Assembly: GCA_043729555.1 (NCBI GenBank) | Contig: JAYTLG010000280.1 | Location: forward strand, 1 to 18,241 | Source of the DNA: Cytophaga sp. | GTDB taxonomy: Bacteria > Bacteroidota > Bacteroidia > Cytophagales > Cytophagaceae | Direction of reading: 5' to 3' | DNA: 18,241 nt | Part shown: in pieces, positions 1 through 7,769 of the stretch | Layout of the letters: every line of letters starts with the position of its first letter | Numbering within the stretch: position 1 is the first letter of the stretch | Made by a program: the position numbers and the translations under genes | Notes under the pieces: model-generated | What the model was told of the DNA's origin: nothing | The model's database searches: none | The model's input: only the letters and a program-made list of their open reading frames with translations

Positions 1-56
1 ACCTCATTTACACACCTAAGCTTAAACTCATAATCATACTTGACTTTCCGTAACAT

Positions 57-95
57 AAAACTGCCCCCAAATAGTGTCTAACTTTTTGGGGGCAG
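57..95 (-). terminator. Rho-independent terminator downstream of the hipT-like gene
   Basis: Perfect 11-bp GC-rich stem ctgcccccaaa (61-71) pairs with tttgggggcag (85-95), loop 72-84. Read on the minus strand the hairpin is followed by TTTTATGTT (plus-strand aaaa at 57-60). It lies 58 bp past the TGA stop at 153-155. Confidence 0.5.
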
Positions 96-152
96 TACAA
101 AATTCAGCGGGATTTTTTTATAACCATTCATTTATCGTAGCGACACTACTCA

Positions 153-1136
153 TCAATCTTTCGTCAATTGTTTTAAACGGCCTTGATACGACTGCCAATA
201 ATTTCTTTTCAGGGTATCATTGAGAAAAGAAACAGCTACCATTTTTTCTACGCTATCGGACTGTGATAACATTACAGACATCATGTCCTTAAACATCTTT
301 TCACTGACTCCTATATGCTCTGCAAGTAGTGAAAATTGTTTACTCGTTTTCCCTTGCGCTAAATTTTTAGGCAATAGTCCGTCTTCCAATGCAAAATCTT
401 TATCATCTATGTGCATTCGACTATTCAGCAAGTCATATGCGGGACTTAGTCTGTAATCTCCCATAGGAGTTTCGAGCAAAGAAAAGTTTTTTAAATGTGC
501 ATCTCCATTTGAAAATAAATAATTAAAGACAAGTATTTTTAACAGCTTCGGTGCTTCTAATTTATAAGCAGGTAAATGCGTTTGCATTAATTGAAACAAC
601 GCTAAATAATTTCCTGCATACTTATAATGTTCACCATGAGTTTGTGGTGTTCTTCCAGCCAAAGATGCAAAATCATCTTGCGCTCGTTTTGTACCATCTT
701 CATTTACATCAAAGCGCTTGGTTATGTAAGCAGGTGTTCCATCTTTAAAAAAGATCAATGCATTTTCAGCCGTTTCTATTCCATATACCTGACGTGCAAT
801 TTGCATCGTGAGGTGTTCGTTAGCTGGCATTTGATCTGCATTTTTACCAGCATCGGGAATTGGTTTCAAAATATACGTTCCGCGTTCACCTTCCTTTATA
901 AGCCTTAACTTATTCTTAACTAATAATACAGAAAACTTTTCCTGTACTCCTGAAATAGACATGCGATTTCTGTTTTCTTCAAAAAGTTCATCGGTTTCAG
1001 GATTGGATGCTGGTGAATCGTAAGGCAATACATGATACACCTTCTTACTCTGAAACACCCTGTTCAAGCAGGTTCTACTGTAGGTGTCAAAACCTGCTGC
1101 TAAGGTGCCGGGGCAATATTTTATTTCAGGTATCAT
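153..1136 (-). CDS. hipT: HipA-family Ser/Thr protein kinase toxin (C-terminal kinase module only, HipT-like), 327 aa
   Basis: Gly-rich loop MSISGVQEKFS: an S-x-S arrangement as in HipT, rather than the single-Ser loop of HipA. Catalytic motif FSNGDAHLKNFSLL and Mg-binding LSPAYDLLNS are present. The HipA N-subdomain is absent here and encoded by the separate upstream ORF. Stop codon is TGA. Confidence 0.8.
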   Translation of the reverse strand: MIPEIKYCPGTLAAGFDTYSRTCLNRVFQSKKVYHVLPYDSPASNPETDELFEENRNRMSISGVQEKFSVLLVKNKLRLIKEGERGTYILKPIPDAGKNADQMPANEHLTMQIARQVYGIETAENALIFFKDGTPAYITKRFDVNEDGTKRAQDDFASLAGRTPQTHGEHYKYAGNYLALFQLMQTHLPAYKLEAPKLLKILVFNYLFSNGDAHLKNFSLLETPMGDYRLSPAYDLLNSRMHIDDKDFALEDGLLPKNLAQGKTSKQFSLLAEHIGVSEKMFKDMMSVMLSQSDSVEKMVAVSFLNDTLKRNYWQSYQGRLKQLTKD

Positions 1137-1161
1137 TTTTTGTTTTTATAGTCACATGAAT

Positions 1162-1482
1162 TTATAGTTTGACAACGCTAACAGCACCGATGCTGTCATT
1201 TTTTGCGGTTGTCATAAGCAATCCAAAATAATCGTCTTGGTCAATTCTATTGTGTTTACATACCACTTGTTTATTCGATCCTTCAGGTAGCATGTTGTAA
1301 AAAAAAGGGAACAAAAATGTTGAATGAAATTCTTGATCGATTTTAGGCAAAGTAAGACTAACACCTGGCTTGTTGCTATCTGTCATCCAAGCATCGTGGT
1401 AACGAAACGTAAACGAACCATCATCGTGTTGAGTTAACACGCCTGCTTCTTCGTCCTTGTATAGTATTATTGCTTTTCTCAT
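1162..1482 (-). CDS. hipS: HipS-like protein (stand-alone HipA N-terminal domain), 106 aa
   Basis: Matches the HipA N-terminal (couple_hipA) pattern: MRKAIILYKDEEAGVLT...FTFRYHDAWM...SLTLPKID...FFYNMLPEG. Start at 1482..1480 overlaps the upstream hipB-like TGA at 1481..1479 (ATGA overlap). It ends 25 bp upstream of the kinase gene. Confidence 0.75.
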   Translation of the reverse strand: MRKAIILYKDEEAGVLTQHDDGSFTFRYHDAWMTDSNKPGVSLTLPKIDQEFHSTFLFPFFYNMLPEGSNKQVVCKHNRIDQDDYFGLLMTTAKNDSIGAVSVVKL

Positions 1483-1697
1483 GTGTTACGAGGCACCTTT
1501 TTAAGTTGTAAGCAAAGCTCCATGCCCAATACATCGGCTAATTTTTGTAGGGTCAATAAAGTCGGATTTCCTTTGCCACTTTCAAACTGTTTTAAAGTTC
1601 TTAAGCCAACACCCGATAGTTCTGCCAAGGTTTCTTGCGTTACCTGCAATACTTCTCTTCGCTCTTTTATACTTTTCACTAACTCAGTAAAGTGCAT
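1479..1697 (-). CDS. hipB: XRE-family helix-turn-helix transcriptional regulator (HipB-like), 72 aa
   Basis: Classic XRE HTH: LKSIKERREVLQVTQETLAELSGVGLRTLKQFESGKGNPTLLTLQKLADVLGMEL. First gene of the three-gene operon and translationally coupled to the HipS-like ORF. Confidence 0.8.
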   Translation of the reverse strand: MHFTELVKSIKERREVLQVTQETLAELSGVGLRTLKQFESGKGNPTLLTLQKLADVLGMELCLQLKKVPRNT

Positions 1698-1830
1698 TAT
1701 ATGGCTCTTTTTTATACAAAAATAGAAGTTATCTTATTAAACACAACACAAAGTGCTTTAAACGGCACTATTTGAAGAATTTTAATACTACTTAGAGATT
1801 ATTGCATTGAATAGTGCTATATAAAGCACT
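1691..1830. promoter_or_regulatory. Three operator-like AGTGC-N8-GCACT inverted repeats at 61-bp centre-to-centre spacing
   Basis: Site 1: 1752-1769, agtgc tttaaacg gcact. Site 2: 1813-1830, agtgc tatataaa gcact, embedded in a perfect 15-bp-arm palindrome at 1804-1839 (gcattgaatagtgct / agcactattcaatgc). Site 3: 1691-1708, agtgc attatatg gctct (4 of 5 in the right half), overlapping the hipB-like ATG at 1697..1695. Centres are near 1699.5, 1760.5 and 1821.5. Confidence 0.55.
1717..1724 (-). promoter_or_regulatory. Candidate Bacteroidetes -7 promoter element (TATTTTTG on the minus strand) for the hipBST-like operon
   Basis: Plus-strand caaaaata is the reverse complement of TAnnTTTG, 20 bp upstream of the hipB-like ATG. 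A possible -33 TTTG (plus-strand caaa at 1749-1752) lies about 24 nt further upstream and overlaps operator site 1. Confidence 0.35.
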
Positions 1831-1865
1831 ATTCAATGCGCATTTTCAAAGGGAAAAAGTAAATG

Positions 1866-1915
1866 ATGTCTATATTTCTAAAGTAAAAAGTTGTTTTTAT
1901 GTCTATATTTCTAAA
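1866..1915. repeat. 17-bp direct repeat atgtctatatttctaaa, two copies
   Basis: Copies at 1866-1882 and 1899-1915 (33-bp period) in the AT-rich spacer between the hipB-like and transglutaminase-like genes. Confidence 0.6.
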
Positions 1916-2008
1916 ATCTCATTAGGCGGACAACGGTCGGCGCATCTTGTTTAGAAGACCATCTAAATGTAGTTACGTTCATATTTTTCATTGAAAACAA
2001 CTTAGCCC

Positions 2009-2164
2009 CTACCTACCATTGTTCTTATTACTCAACGCACGCGTTTTCTTGTCACTCTTTTTTTGTTGTTTAAAATAAGCGCTCAATGCCTCTTCTTCAG
2101 CCTTTGTTATAGCACCTTGTCCTCCAATAAAATCAATATCAAATTTTTGTTTTTTAGTTTTCAT
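2009..2164 (-). CDS. Possible small hypothetical protein, 51 aa (MKTKKQKFDIDFIGGQGAITKAEEEALSAYFKQQKKSDKKTRALSNKNNGR)
   Basis: Hand-translated from the minus strand: ATG at 2164..2162, TAG at 2011..2009. It falls below the cutoff of the supplied ORF track. No recognisable domain; could be spurious. Confidence 0.2.
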   Translation of the reverse strand: MKTKKQKFDIDFIGGQGAITKAEEEALSAYFKQQKKSDKKTRALSNKNNGR

Positions 2165-2309
2165 CGTTAATGACATCTAAAGTTCCACATAAAGCAAATG
2201 ATCATATCTCGTCGCTGGCAAAAACTTACAGCTTATATATCTTATTTTTGAGCCTATCGCTAAGAGTTCCTAATTTATGATACTATCAAAACTACATCCA
2301 TTATCACTC

Positions 2310-2317
2310 TAGTTTTG
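2310..2317 (+). promoter_or_regulatory. Candidate -7 promoter element tagttttg (TAnnTTTG) for the transglutaminase-like gene
   Basis: Motif match about 48 bp upstream of the ATG at 2365. A second match, tatttttg, sits at 2349-2356. Confidence 0.25.
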
Positions 2318-2364
2318 GTACATTTACACCCTCTTTAATTTCTTATTTTATTTTTGACGCATTC

Positions 2365-4224
2365 ATGAAACACCTTATTTTATTTTTTCTACTGTTCATT
2401 GCATTGTCAAGTAATGCTCAAATCCCTAATCCTTTTCATCGAAGCGTAGAAAGTCTGGCAAATAAATTTAAGAAACAATATCCTGACGACAGTACAAGAA
2501 CCGTAGCGATATACGATTGGATTAAGAGCTATATGCGCTATGATTTAAGAGCCTTCGAGAAATATAAATTTAAAGTAAATAGTTATTCATTAAGTAAAAT
2601 CTTGTACAGAAGAAAAGCACTGTGCTTTGGCCTCTCCAAGCTGTTTCAAGACCTATGCCTTCGGTCAGGCATTAAATGCGTACAACTTCAAGGCTATGCA
2701 TTTGAAGATCCAAATGATCCTTACATACATTATTACTACGACAACCACGCATGGAACACCGCTAGTATCAACGGGCACTGGTATTTGTTTGATGTAACCT
2801 ATGACAACGGTTTCATTAAAAAGAAAAAAAGAGTTATTCGAAAGTTTTTAAACAAGACCTTCTCTATTCCTCTATTGTATGAAAAAACAAAATATATTCA
2901 CCAACCAGCAAACCGGTTTTCATTTAAGTCAGGAGCGCAATTTATTCATTCTCATTATCCTGTCTTAATTAATGGGGTGTTGATCAACGATAAGGTGAGT
3001 ATAGCGTCATTTGCAAAAAATGAGGTAAGCGTTTCAGGAGACTATAATCCTTCTTCTTATCCGAACATGGCTCAACTGTATGACTTTGCTGGTTCCAACG
3101 AGTCTATACAATTAAAAATAGCGGCAGACCAATCGGCACTCTTCAATCCAAAAAACAATTTAATAAAGACGGTTAATTACCATAATTCACTATTTCACTT
3201 CAACAAAATAAAAAGCAATTTTAACAAATCAGATGTAGATACGGTCATAAAGTATGCGGCATTATTCAAACGAGACAATACCGCTCTTCATTCAAAAAAC
3301 AGTAAACGAGTAAGCGACGAACATAAAAGTTTATTGGCCTCATTAAACAAAGCCTTAAGCCACAATGAACGACTTGCCATTCAGTACAACAAAAAAGGAA
3401 TTCGGGGCATTACTAAACTAGCCAAAACAGCAGAAGCCAATGCAATAAAATCGAATAAGATTGAAGAACGCCAGTTAAAATTAGAAGAGCATCTGGCCGG
3501 ATCTAGAAAGAAAAACGACACCATTCCTTTTCCTACACATTTAGTACAGCACAAAAAAACAGTAGCAACAGGAGACAGTCTATTGTTTACCTTGAACAAA
3601 GCCAATGGTGTATTGGATAGTTTAAGCATGCGATCTGAAGAATTGTTTAATTCGACTTATCACTTATTAAAAGAAAGAGTAATGTTATTGAATGCACACA
3701 GAGCAGGCGACATGAACCTTAAAACGTATCCAAAGCTGAGTGTCGTCGCGTCTGATATTGATTCCGTAACAAGTTTAATTGATCGCTATAAAACGCAAAT
3801 AGATAAAACAGAATATGAATACAATAAAGTGAGACAACAAGCGATACGAAATGCAACGAGTGGCTTTACATTGACCAGTAAGGAATATATAAAAACACAA
3901 ACAGGTATTTCTGTGCCTCTGCCCTATTCAAAAGACACGTTGGTGGCTGAGTTATTTGTGCGCACGAATGCTTTCAAAGAAGCATTGGTAGTATTTTACC
4001 ATCATGACGAAGAAATAGCAAATACGCAAACCTCGCACTACCTCTCCGCTGCAAAGTTTTTAAAAGGAGAAAAGAAACTTATTCAAAAAACAATTGTAAT
4101 GAGACAAATGGCTTATAGCTGCAGAATCAATCACGAGAACCGTCGTTACAAAGCCTATGACAACTATGTCTTCAGTATTGCCAATAGCATGAGGATGTTG
4201 AAAATGAGTTATAAGAGAAAATAG
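2365..4224 (+). CDS. Secreted transglutaminase-like (papain-fold Cys protease-like) domain protein with long K/N-rich C-terminal region, 619 aa
   Basis: N-terminal signal peptide MKHLILFFLLFIALSSNAQ. Transglutaminase-core triad context: KALCFGLSKLFQDLCLRSGIKCVQLQGY (Cys), DNHAWNTA (His), GHWYLFDVTYDNG (Asp). About 450 aa of low-complexity Lys/Asn-rich sequence follow. Stop codon is TAG. Confidence 0.7.
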   Translation: MKHLILFFLLFIALSSNAQIPNPFHRSVESLANKFKKQYPDDSTRTVAIYDWIKSYMRYDLRAFEKYKFKVNSYSLSKILYRRKALCFGLSKLFQDLCLRSGIKCVQLQGYAFEDPNDPYIHYYYDNHAWNTASINGHWYLFDVTYDNGFIKKKKRVIRKFLNKTFSIPLLYEKTKYIHQPANRFSFKSGAQFIHSHYPVLINGVLINDKVSIASFAKNEVSVSGDYNPSSYPNMAQLYDFAGSNESIQLKIAADQSALFNPKNNLIKTVNYHNSLFHFNKIKSNFNKSDVDTVIKYAALFKRDNTALHSKNSKRVSDEHKSLLASLNKALSHNERLAIQYNKKGIRGITKLAKTAEANAIKSNKIEERQLKLEEHLAGSRKKNDTIPFPTHLVQHKKTVATGDSLLFTLNKANGVLDSLSMRSEELFNSTYHLLKERVMLLNAHRAGDMNLKTYPKLSVVASDIDSVTSLIDRYKTQIDKTEYEYNKVRQQAIRNATSGFTLTSKEYIKTQTGISVPLPYSKDTLVAELFVRTNAFKEALVVFYHHDEEIANTQTSHYLSAAKFLKGEKKLIQKTIVMRQMAYSCRINHENRRYKAYDNYVFSIANSMRMLKMSYKRK

Positions 4225-4300
4225 TTGAAGTGAAAAATACTTACGCAATACTACTAACATTTCCTTCTTGAAGCATTATTCATGCTTTCTTTATTCCTTC

Positions 4301-4345
4301 CGCAGAGCCTCATTCACGAAGGCTCTGCGACAAAGAAATTTTTTT
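4301..4345. terminator. Hairpin terminator between the convergent transglutaminase-like and flotillin genes
   Basis: Stem cgcagagcc (4301-4309) pairs with ggctctgcg (4321-4329), 11-nt loop, followed on the plus strand by acaaagaaattttttt. Confidence 0.5.
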
Positions 4346-4366
4346 ACTATAAAAATCACATTGGCA

Positions 4367-6271
4367 TTACTTCTTGCCCTCACTTTTCTTAGGATCCATC
4401 ATCTCCATTAACTTCAACCCTAATAAGCCATCCATCGCAGTTCCATTACTGTTGGTACCTCCAATTAAAACATCAGGTATTAATTTAATGTGTCCTTTCG
4501 CAAGCTCCTCCGTGATTTTATACCTCGTAAAGTTTTCACCTCCTAGGGCACTTACAGCAAGTTCGTATGCTTCCGCTGTAGATTTACCGATTGCAAGTAT
4601 TTTGCCTGCTTCAGCACTACCCGTTAACGATATTTGTTCTGCTTGCGCAGATGCTTTTAATTTAATCGCTTCAGATTCTGCTTGAGCCCTTGCTTTCGTA
4701 GCTTCTGCTTCTGCAAACGCACGTAATTTCGTGGCTTCCGCCTCTGCACCTACGGCTAGCTTCACTCCTGTAGCATCACCTTCCGCTTTCTTTACGGTTG
4801 CATTTGCAGTTCGCTCCGCTATCTCTACACTTTGTTGAGCTTTCACAATATCCTTTTGCATATCTGCAATGGCCGTTTCCTTCTCCATTCCTTGGCGGGT
4901 TTCTTGCGCTTTTTTCTGCGTGTCGTAGGTTACTTTTTGTTCTTCTGCAATTTTACGATCTGTCAACGTTTTCATCAACGATTCTGGAGGTACGATGTCG
5001 CCTATCAAAGTATCAACGGCATTCACATTGTATTCATCCAAAACTTTTTTGATGTGCTCCTTCGCTGATTCTTGTCTTTCTTTTCTCGTACTTAGGAATG
5101 CAATCACATCACTGTCTTGCGCAGAGTTACGAAAATAATTTCCGATGGTAGGTTCCAATACTTGCGACACTAAGTTTACCATATTCCCAAATCGCGCAAT
5201 CACTTTCGGAGCCTCAGTGGTAGGAACATGTATGATTTGAGCAACGTCTAAGTTGAAAGGGAAACCATCTTTTGAACGTACCGTAATGGTTGAAAGATTC
5301 TTATCAAGGTTGTGCGCTTCACTGCGAGCAGAAGCCCAATTGAGTACAAGGTTAGTGGTTGGCACGAGTTCAACTTTCATAATGTATTTATTGACAGGAT
5401 ACTTACCAGGTCCTAAAGGCTGCAGCCAAACCCCTTTGAATCCTTTTTCAACGATGTTGCCATGTTTGAAATCAATACCTGTAAGGTCACTTCCTTCTTG
5501 GCCTATGTATGAAATTACAACACCAACATAACCGATAGAAATTTCCGTCATTGGAATTTCTTCAATTTGTACCGCCCAATAATTTAAGTTGTATGAACCA
5601 GCAAGAATTACCTGAGGCTGCAGTCCACGATTACCTCCATTAGCGATGAATTTATCGAAATCTTGAAAATTGTTATGGTCTTCTACTAATTTACCTGCGA
5701 TCTGCCCAGCTTCAATAGGCATACCATCTAAGGTAGTTACTATGCCTACCATGCTTTCTTGAATACGAATCATGTCCGTTACAGAAACTTGAAACAACAT
5801 GGTGTTGATTCTGTAAGAACCCGCTGTGATGTATGTTGCTTGTCTTCCTCTTTGTCCTCCACCTAATAAAAATTTTGTTGCATCTTGAAAGTTGTCACAT
5901 TCCACTCGCAGTCCTAGAATGTTTCCTGTTGGAATTTCACTTCCGTCTTTCGCCATAATTAAACCGATTTTACCTTCTGGAATAATGGTAAAACTTTCCA
6001 TGGTGACATCAAATTGCCATACCCATTTCCAGAAATACAATCCTGGAGCCAGTGTTCTAGATTGAAAACCCGCTTCACCATTGGTTGCGATAATACGTCC
6101 ATCTTGCAATTCTTTATTTGCTCCAAACAAAACAAACTGTTTCGTAACCAGTCCAACTTTATCTTCTGGAACAATAACAACACCGAAGAAAAAACGAAGT
6201 ATGTATTTATATAAAATAATACCGATGATTACGATTGCGATCCAACCGTAACTTAAAAGCACATGTCCCAT
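4367..6271 (-). CDS. Flotillin-family (SPFH/band-7, YqiK-like) membrane protein, 634 aa
   Basis: N-terminal TM segment WIAIVIIGIILYKYIL, SPFH-type core, and a C-terminal Ala/Glu-rich repeat region (AEAEATKLRAFAEAEATKARAQAESEAIKLKASAQAEQ) typical of bacterial flotillins. Stop codon is TAA. Confidence 0.8.
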   Translation of the reverse strand: MGHVLLSYGWIAIVIIGIILYKYILRFFFGVVIVPEDKVGLVTKQFVLFGANKELQDGRIIATNGEAGFQSRTLAPGLYFWKWVWQFDVTMESFTIIPEGKIGLIMAKDGSEIPTGNILGLRVECDNFQDATKFLLGGGQRGRQATYITAGSYRINTMLFQVSVTDMIRIQESMVGIVTTLDGMPIEAGQIAGKLVEDHNNFQDFDKFIANGGNRGLQPQVILAGSYNLNYWAVQIEEIPMTEISIGYVGVVISYIGQEGSDLTGIDFKHGNIVEKGFKGVWLQPLGPGKYPVNKYIMKVELVPTTNLVLNWASARSEAHNLDKNLSTITVRSKDGFPFNLDVAQIIHVPTTEAPKVIARFGNMVNLVSQVLEPTIGNYFRNSAQDSDVIAFLSTRKERQESAKEHIKKVLDEYNVNAVDTLIGDIVPPESLMKTLTDRKIAEEQKVTYDTQKKAQETRQGMEKETAIADMQKDIVKAQQSVEIAERTANATVKKAEGDATGVKLAVGAEAEATKLRAFAEAEATKARAQAESEAIKLKASAQAEQISLTGSAEAGKILAIGKSTAEAYELAVSALGGENFTRYKITEELAKGHIKLIPDVLIGGTNSNGTAMDGLLGLKLMEMMDPKKSEGKK

Positions 6272-6319
6272 GATTCTTTAGATTAAATTGTTTAGTAATG
6301 TTTAGGTTTGTTTTTTTTT

Positions 6320-6327
6320 CAAATGTA
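6320..6327 (-). promoter_or_regulatory. Candidate -7 promoter element (TACATTTG on the minus strand) for the flotillin gene
   Basis: Plus-strand caaatgta, 49 bp upstream of the flotillin ATG at 6271. Confidence 0.25.
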
Positions 6328-6424
6328 AGTAAATAGTTTTTAATAGTTCGCTGTCAAAAATTTATCTCTTTTAGCCAACTGACGACGCCTTATAAATAGC
6401 AACATCGAACACTGGCGTTAAAGA

Positions 6425-6982
6425 TTAATCCTTCGTTGTACTGATTAAGTCTTGCAAAATACCTTGTCCTTCTTCCCAAAACTCCAAGTTGGAATCGGAG
6501 TTTATGTGTCCTTTTAAACCAATGTTTATAAAAGCGCTGCCCCATTGTTTGGCAAAATAGTGGGCACGATCGAAACTCAGATAAGTATCATTCTCGCTTG
6601 CAACTACAATGGAAGGAAACAAAAGCCTTGTCAATGGCATAGGTGCAAAACCTCTCACCTCATCTGGCGTATGCGCAGGAGAATCGACATCGGCAGGGGC
6701 TACCAGCAACGCTCCTTTTACATTCGTATTCTTATAACGTTGTGTCCAATGAAGCACTAAGGAAACGGCAAGACTATGCGCCACTAAAATTACAGGGCCG
6801 TCTAGTTTTAAGAGGGTATCATTTAATTTTTTCAACCACGATTCAAGTTGTGGTTCATCCCATTCGTCTTGAACAAGCTTTACAGCATTGTCAAATTTCT
6901 TTAACCAAAAGGACTGCCAATGGCGCTCTCCCGAATCACCAAGTCCTGGAACAATTAATAATGTTATTCCCGTTTTATTCAT
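6425..6982 (-). CDS. Alpha/beta serine hydrolase, RBBP9/YdeN family, 185 aa
   Basis: Size and motifs fit PF06821-type serine hydrolases: LLIVPGLGDSGERHW, nucleophile elbow VAHSLA, C-terminal GHIN. Stop codon is TAA. Confidence 0.65.
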   Translation of the reverse strand: MNKTGITLLIVPGLGDSGERHWQSFWLKKFDNAVKLVQDEWDEPQLESWLKKLNDTLLKLDGPVILVAHSLAVSLVLHWTQRYKNTNVKGALLVAPADVDSPAHTPDEVRGFAPMPLTRLLFPSIVVASENDTYLSFDRAHYFAKQWGSAFINIGLKGHINSDSNLEFWEEGQGILQDLISTTKD

Positions 6983-7013
6983 TGTTCAAGAATATTTTTC
7001 GCTGACGTGTTGC

Positions 7014-7232
7014 TTAAACTTCAAATAGCACATTGCCTGGTGCCTGTCTGGTAATGTCTTTCAAGTCGGCGGCCGATTTAATGCCAGCATTCCTTATGAC
7101 AAGCTTTGCCCCAGATGCCTTGGCTTGACGCGCCATGTCCTTCAGGTCTGCGGTAGATTTAATGGTTGCATCGATACTGATTCCGCCACCCAGTCTAATA
7201 ATTTCTTTTAAGTCAGTTGTTGATCTGCTCAT
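7014..7232 (-). CDS. Small hypothetical protein with three degenerate internal repeats, 72 aa
   Basis: Repeats STTDLKEIIRLGGGISIDATIK, STADLKDMARQAKASGAKLVIRNAGIK and SAADLKDITRQAPGNVLFEV share the motif S-(T/A)-x-DLK-(D/E)-(I/M)-x-R. The fold was not recognised. Starts 32 bp downstream of the hydrolase gene. Confidence 0.55.
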   Translation of the reverse strand: MSRSTTDLKEIIRLGGGISIDATIKSTADLKDMARQAKASGAKLVIRNAGIKSAADLKDITRQAPGNVLFEV

Positions 7233-7378
7233 GTTAAACGTGTTTTTTTGAAAAATTTCTGTCCACTATAAAAATAATAAAAGTATTAGAAATTACTACA
7301 CAAAAACTACGCAAGCGTAAGGTACTTTCTATCGCTGGCGAAAGTTTAGAGATAGAATTATGCTCCATTTAAACAAGG

Positions 7379-7759
7379 CTATTTCTGATTTTTCAATTTC
7401 TTTTCAACTAACGCACGAATTAAGTCGGCACATCCAATGCCGATAATTGAAGCCATAAAGTCTAAAGGGTCAAATGTTCGAGGCGTAAACAATTGAATAA
7501 TTTCTGTTAAGGATAAAACAGCAAATGTCACAAAAGCAGCTATTAATTTTGATTTGAATTTAAGGTACAATGAAAGGTAAATACTAACCCCTGCAAAGAA
7601 ACTAGGAAGTATACCAAGCATAAATGAATTAACATTAAAATATACAAAAACCCTTCTTAGTATGAAGACAATAAAAAGCCAAAGATATGCCGAACTCATT
7701 GCAATGTTAATTATCCATCGGGCAGATTTATTTTCTCTGTTTATGTGAAAAAAATTCAT
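7379..7759 (-). CDS. VanZ-like family membrane protein, 126 aa
   Basis: Four predicted TM segments. C-terminal VanZ signature LTEIIQLFTPRTFDPLDFMASIIGIGCA (E-x2-Q-x4-R-x2-D-x2-D-x6-G-x-G). Only 10 bp downstream of the big sensor gene's stop, so probably co-transcribed. Stop codon is TAG. Confidence 0.6.
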   Translation of the reverse strand: MNFFHINRENKSARWIINIAMSSAYLWLFIVFILRRVFVYFNVNSFMLGILPSFFAGVSIYLSLYLKFKSKLIAAFVTFAVLSLTEIIQLFTPRTFDPLDFMASIIGIGCADLIRALVEKKLKNQK

Positions 7760-7769
7760 TTTGACAAAT

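Noticed and set aside
3381-6214. Short antisense ORFs inside the transglutaminase-like and flotillin genes (3381..3629, 4060..4260, 4374..4685, 4798..5068, 5253..5531, 5959..6214)
   Set aside because: Each is fully embedded in the opposite strand of a long, well-supported CDS, and the translations are low-complexity and mirror the sense-strand repeats.
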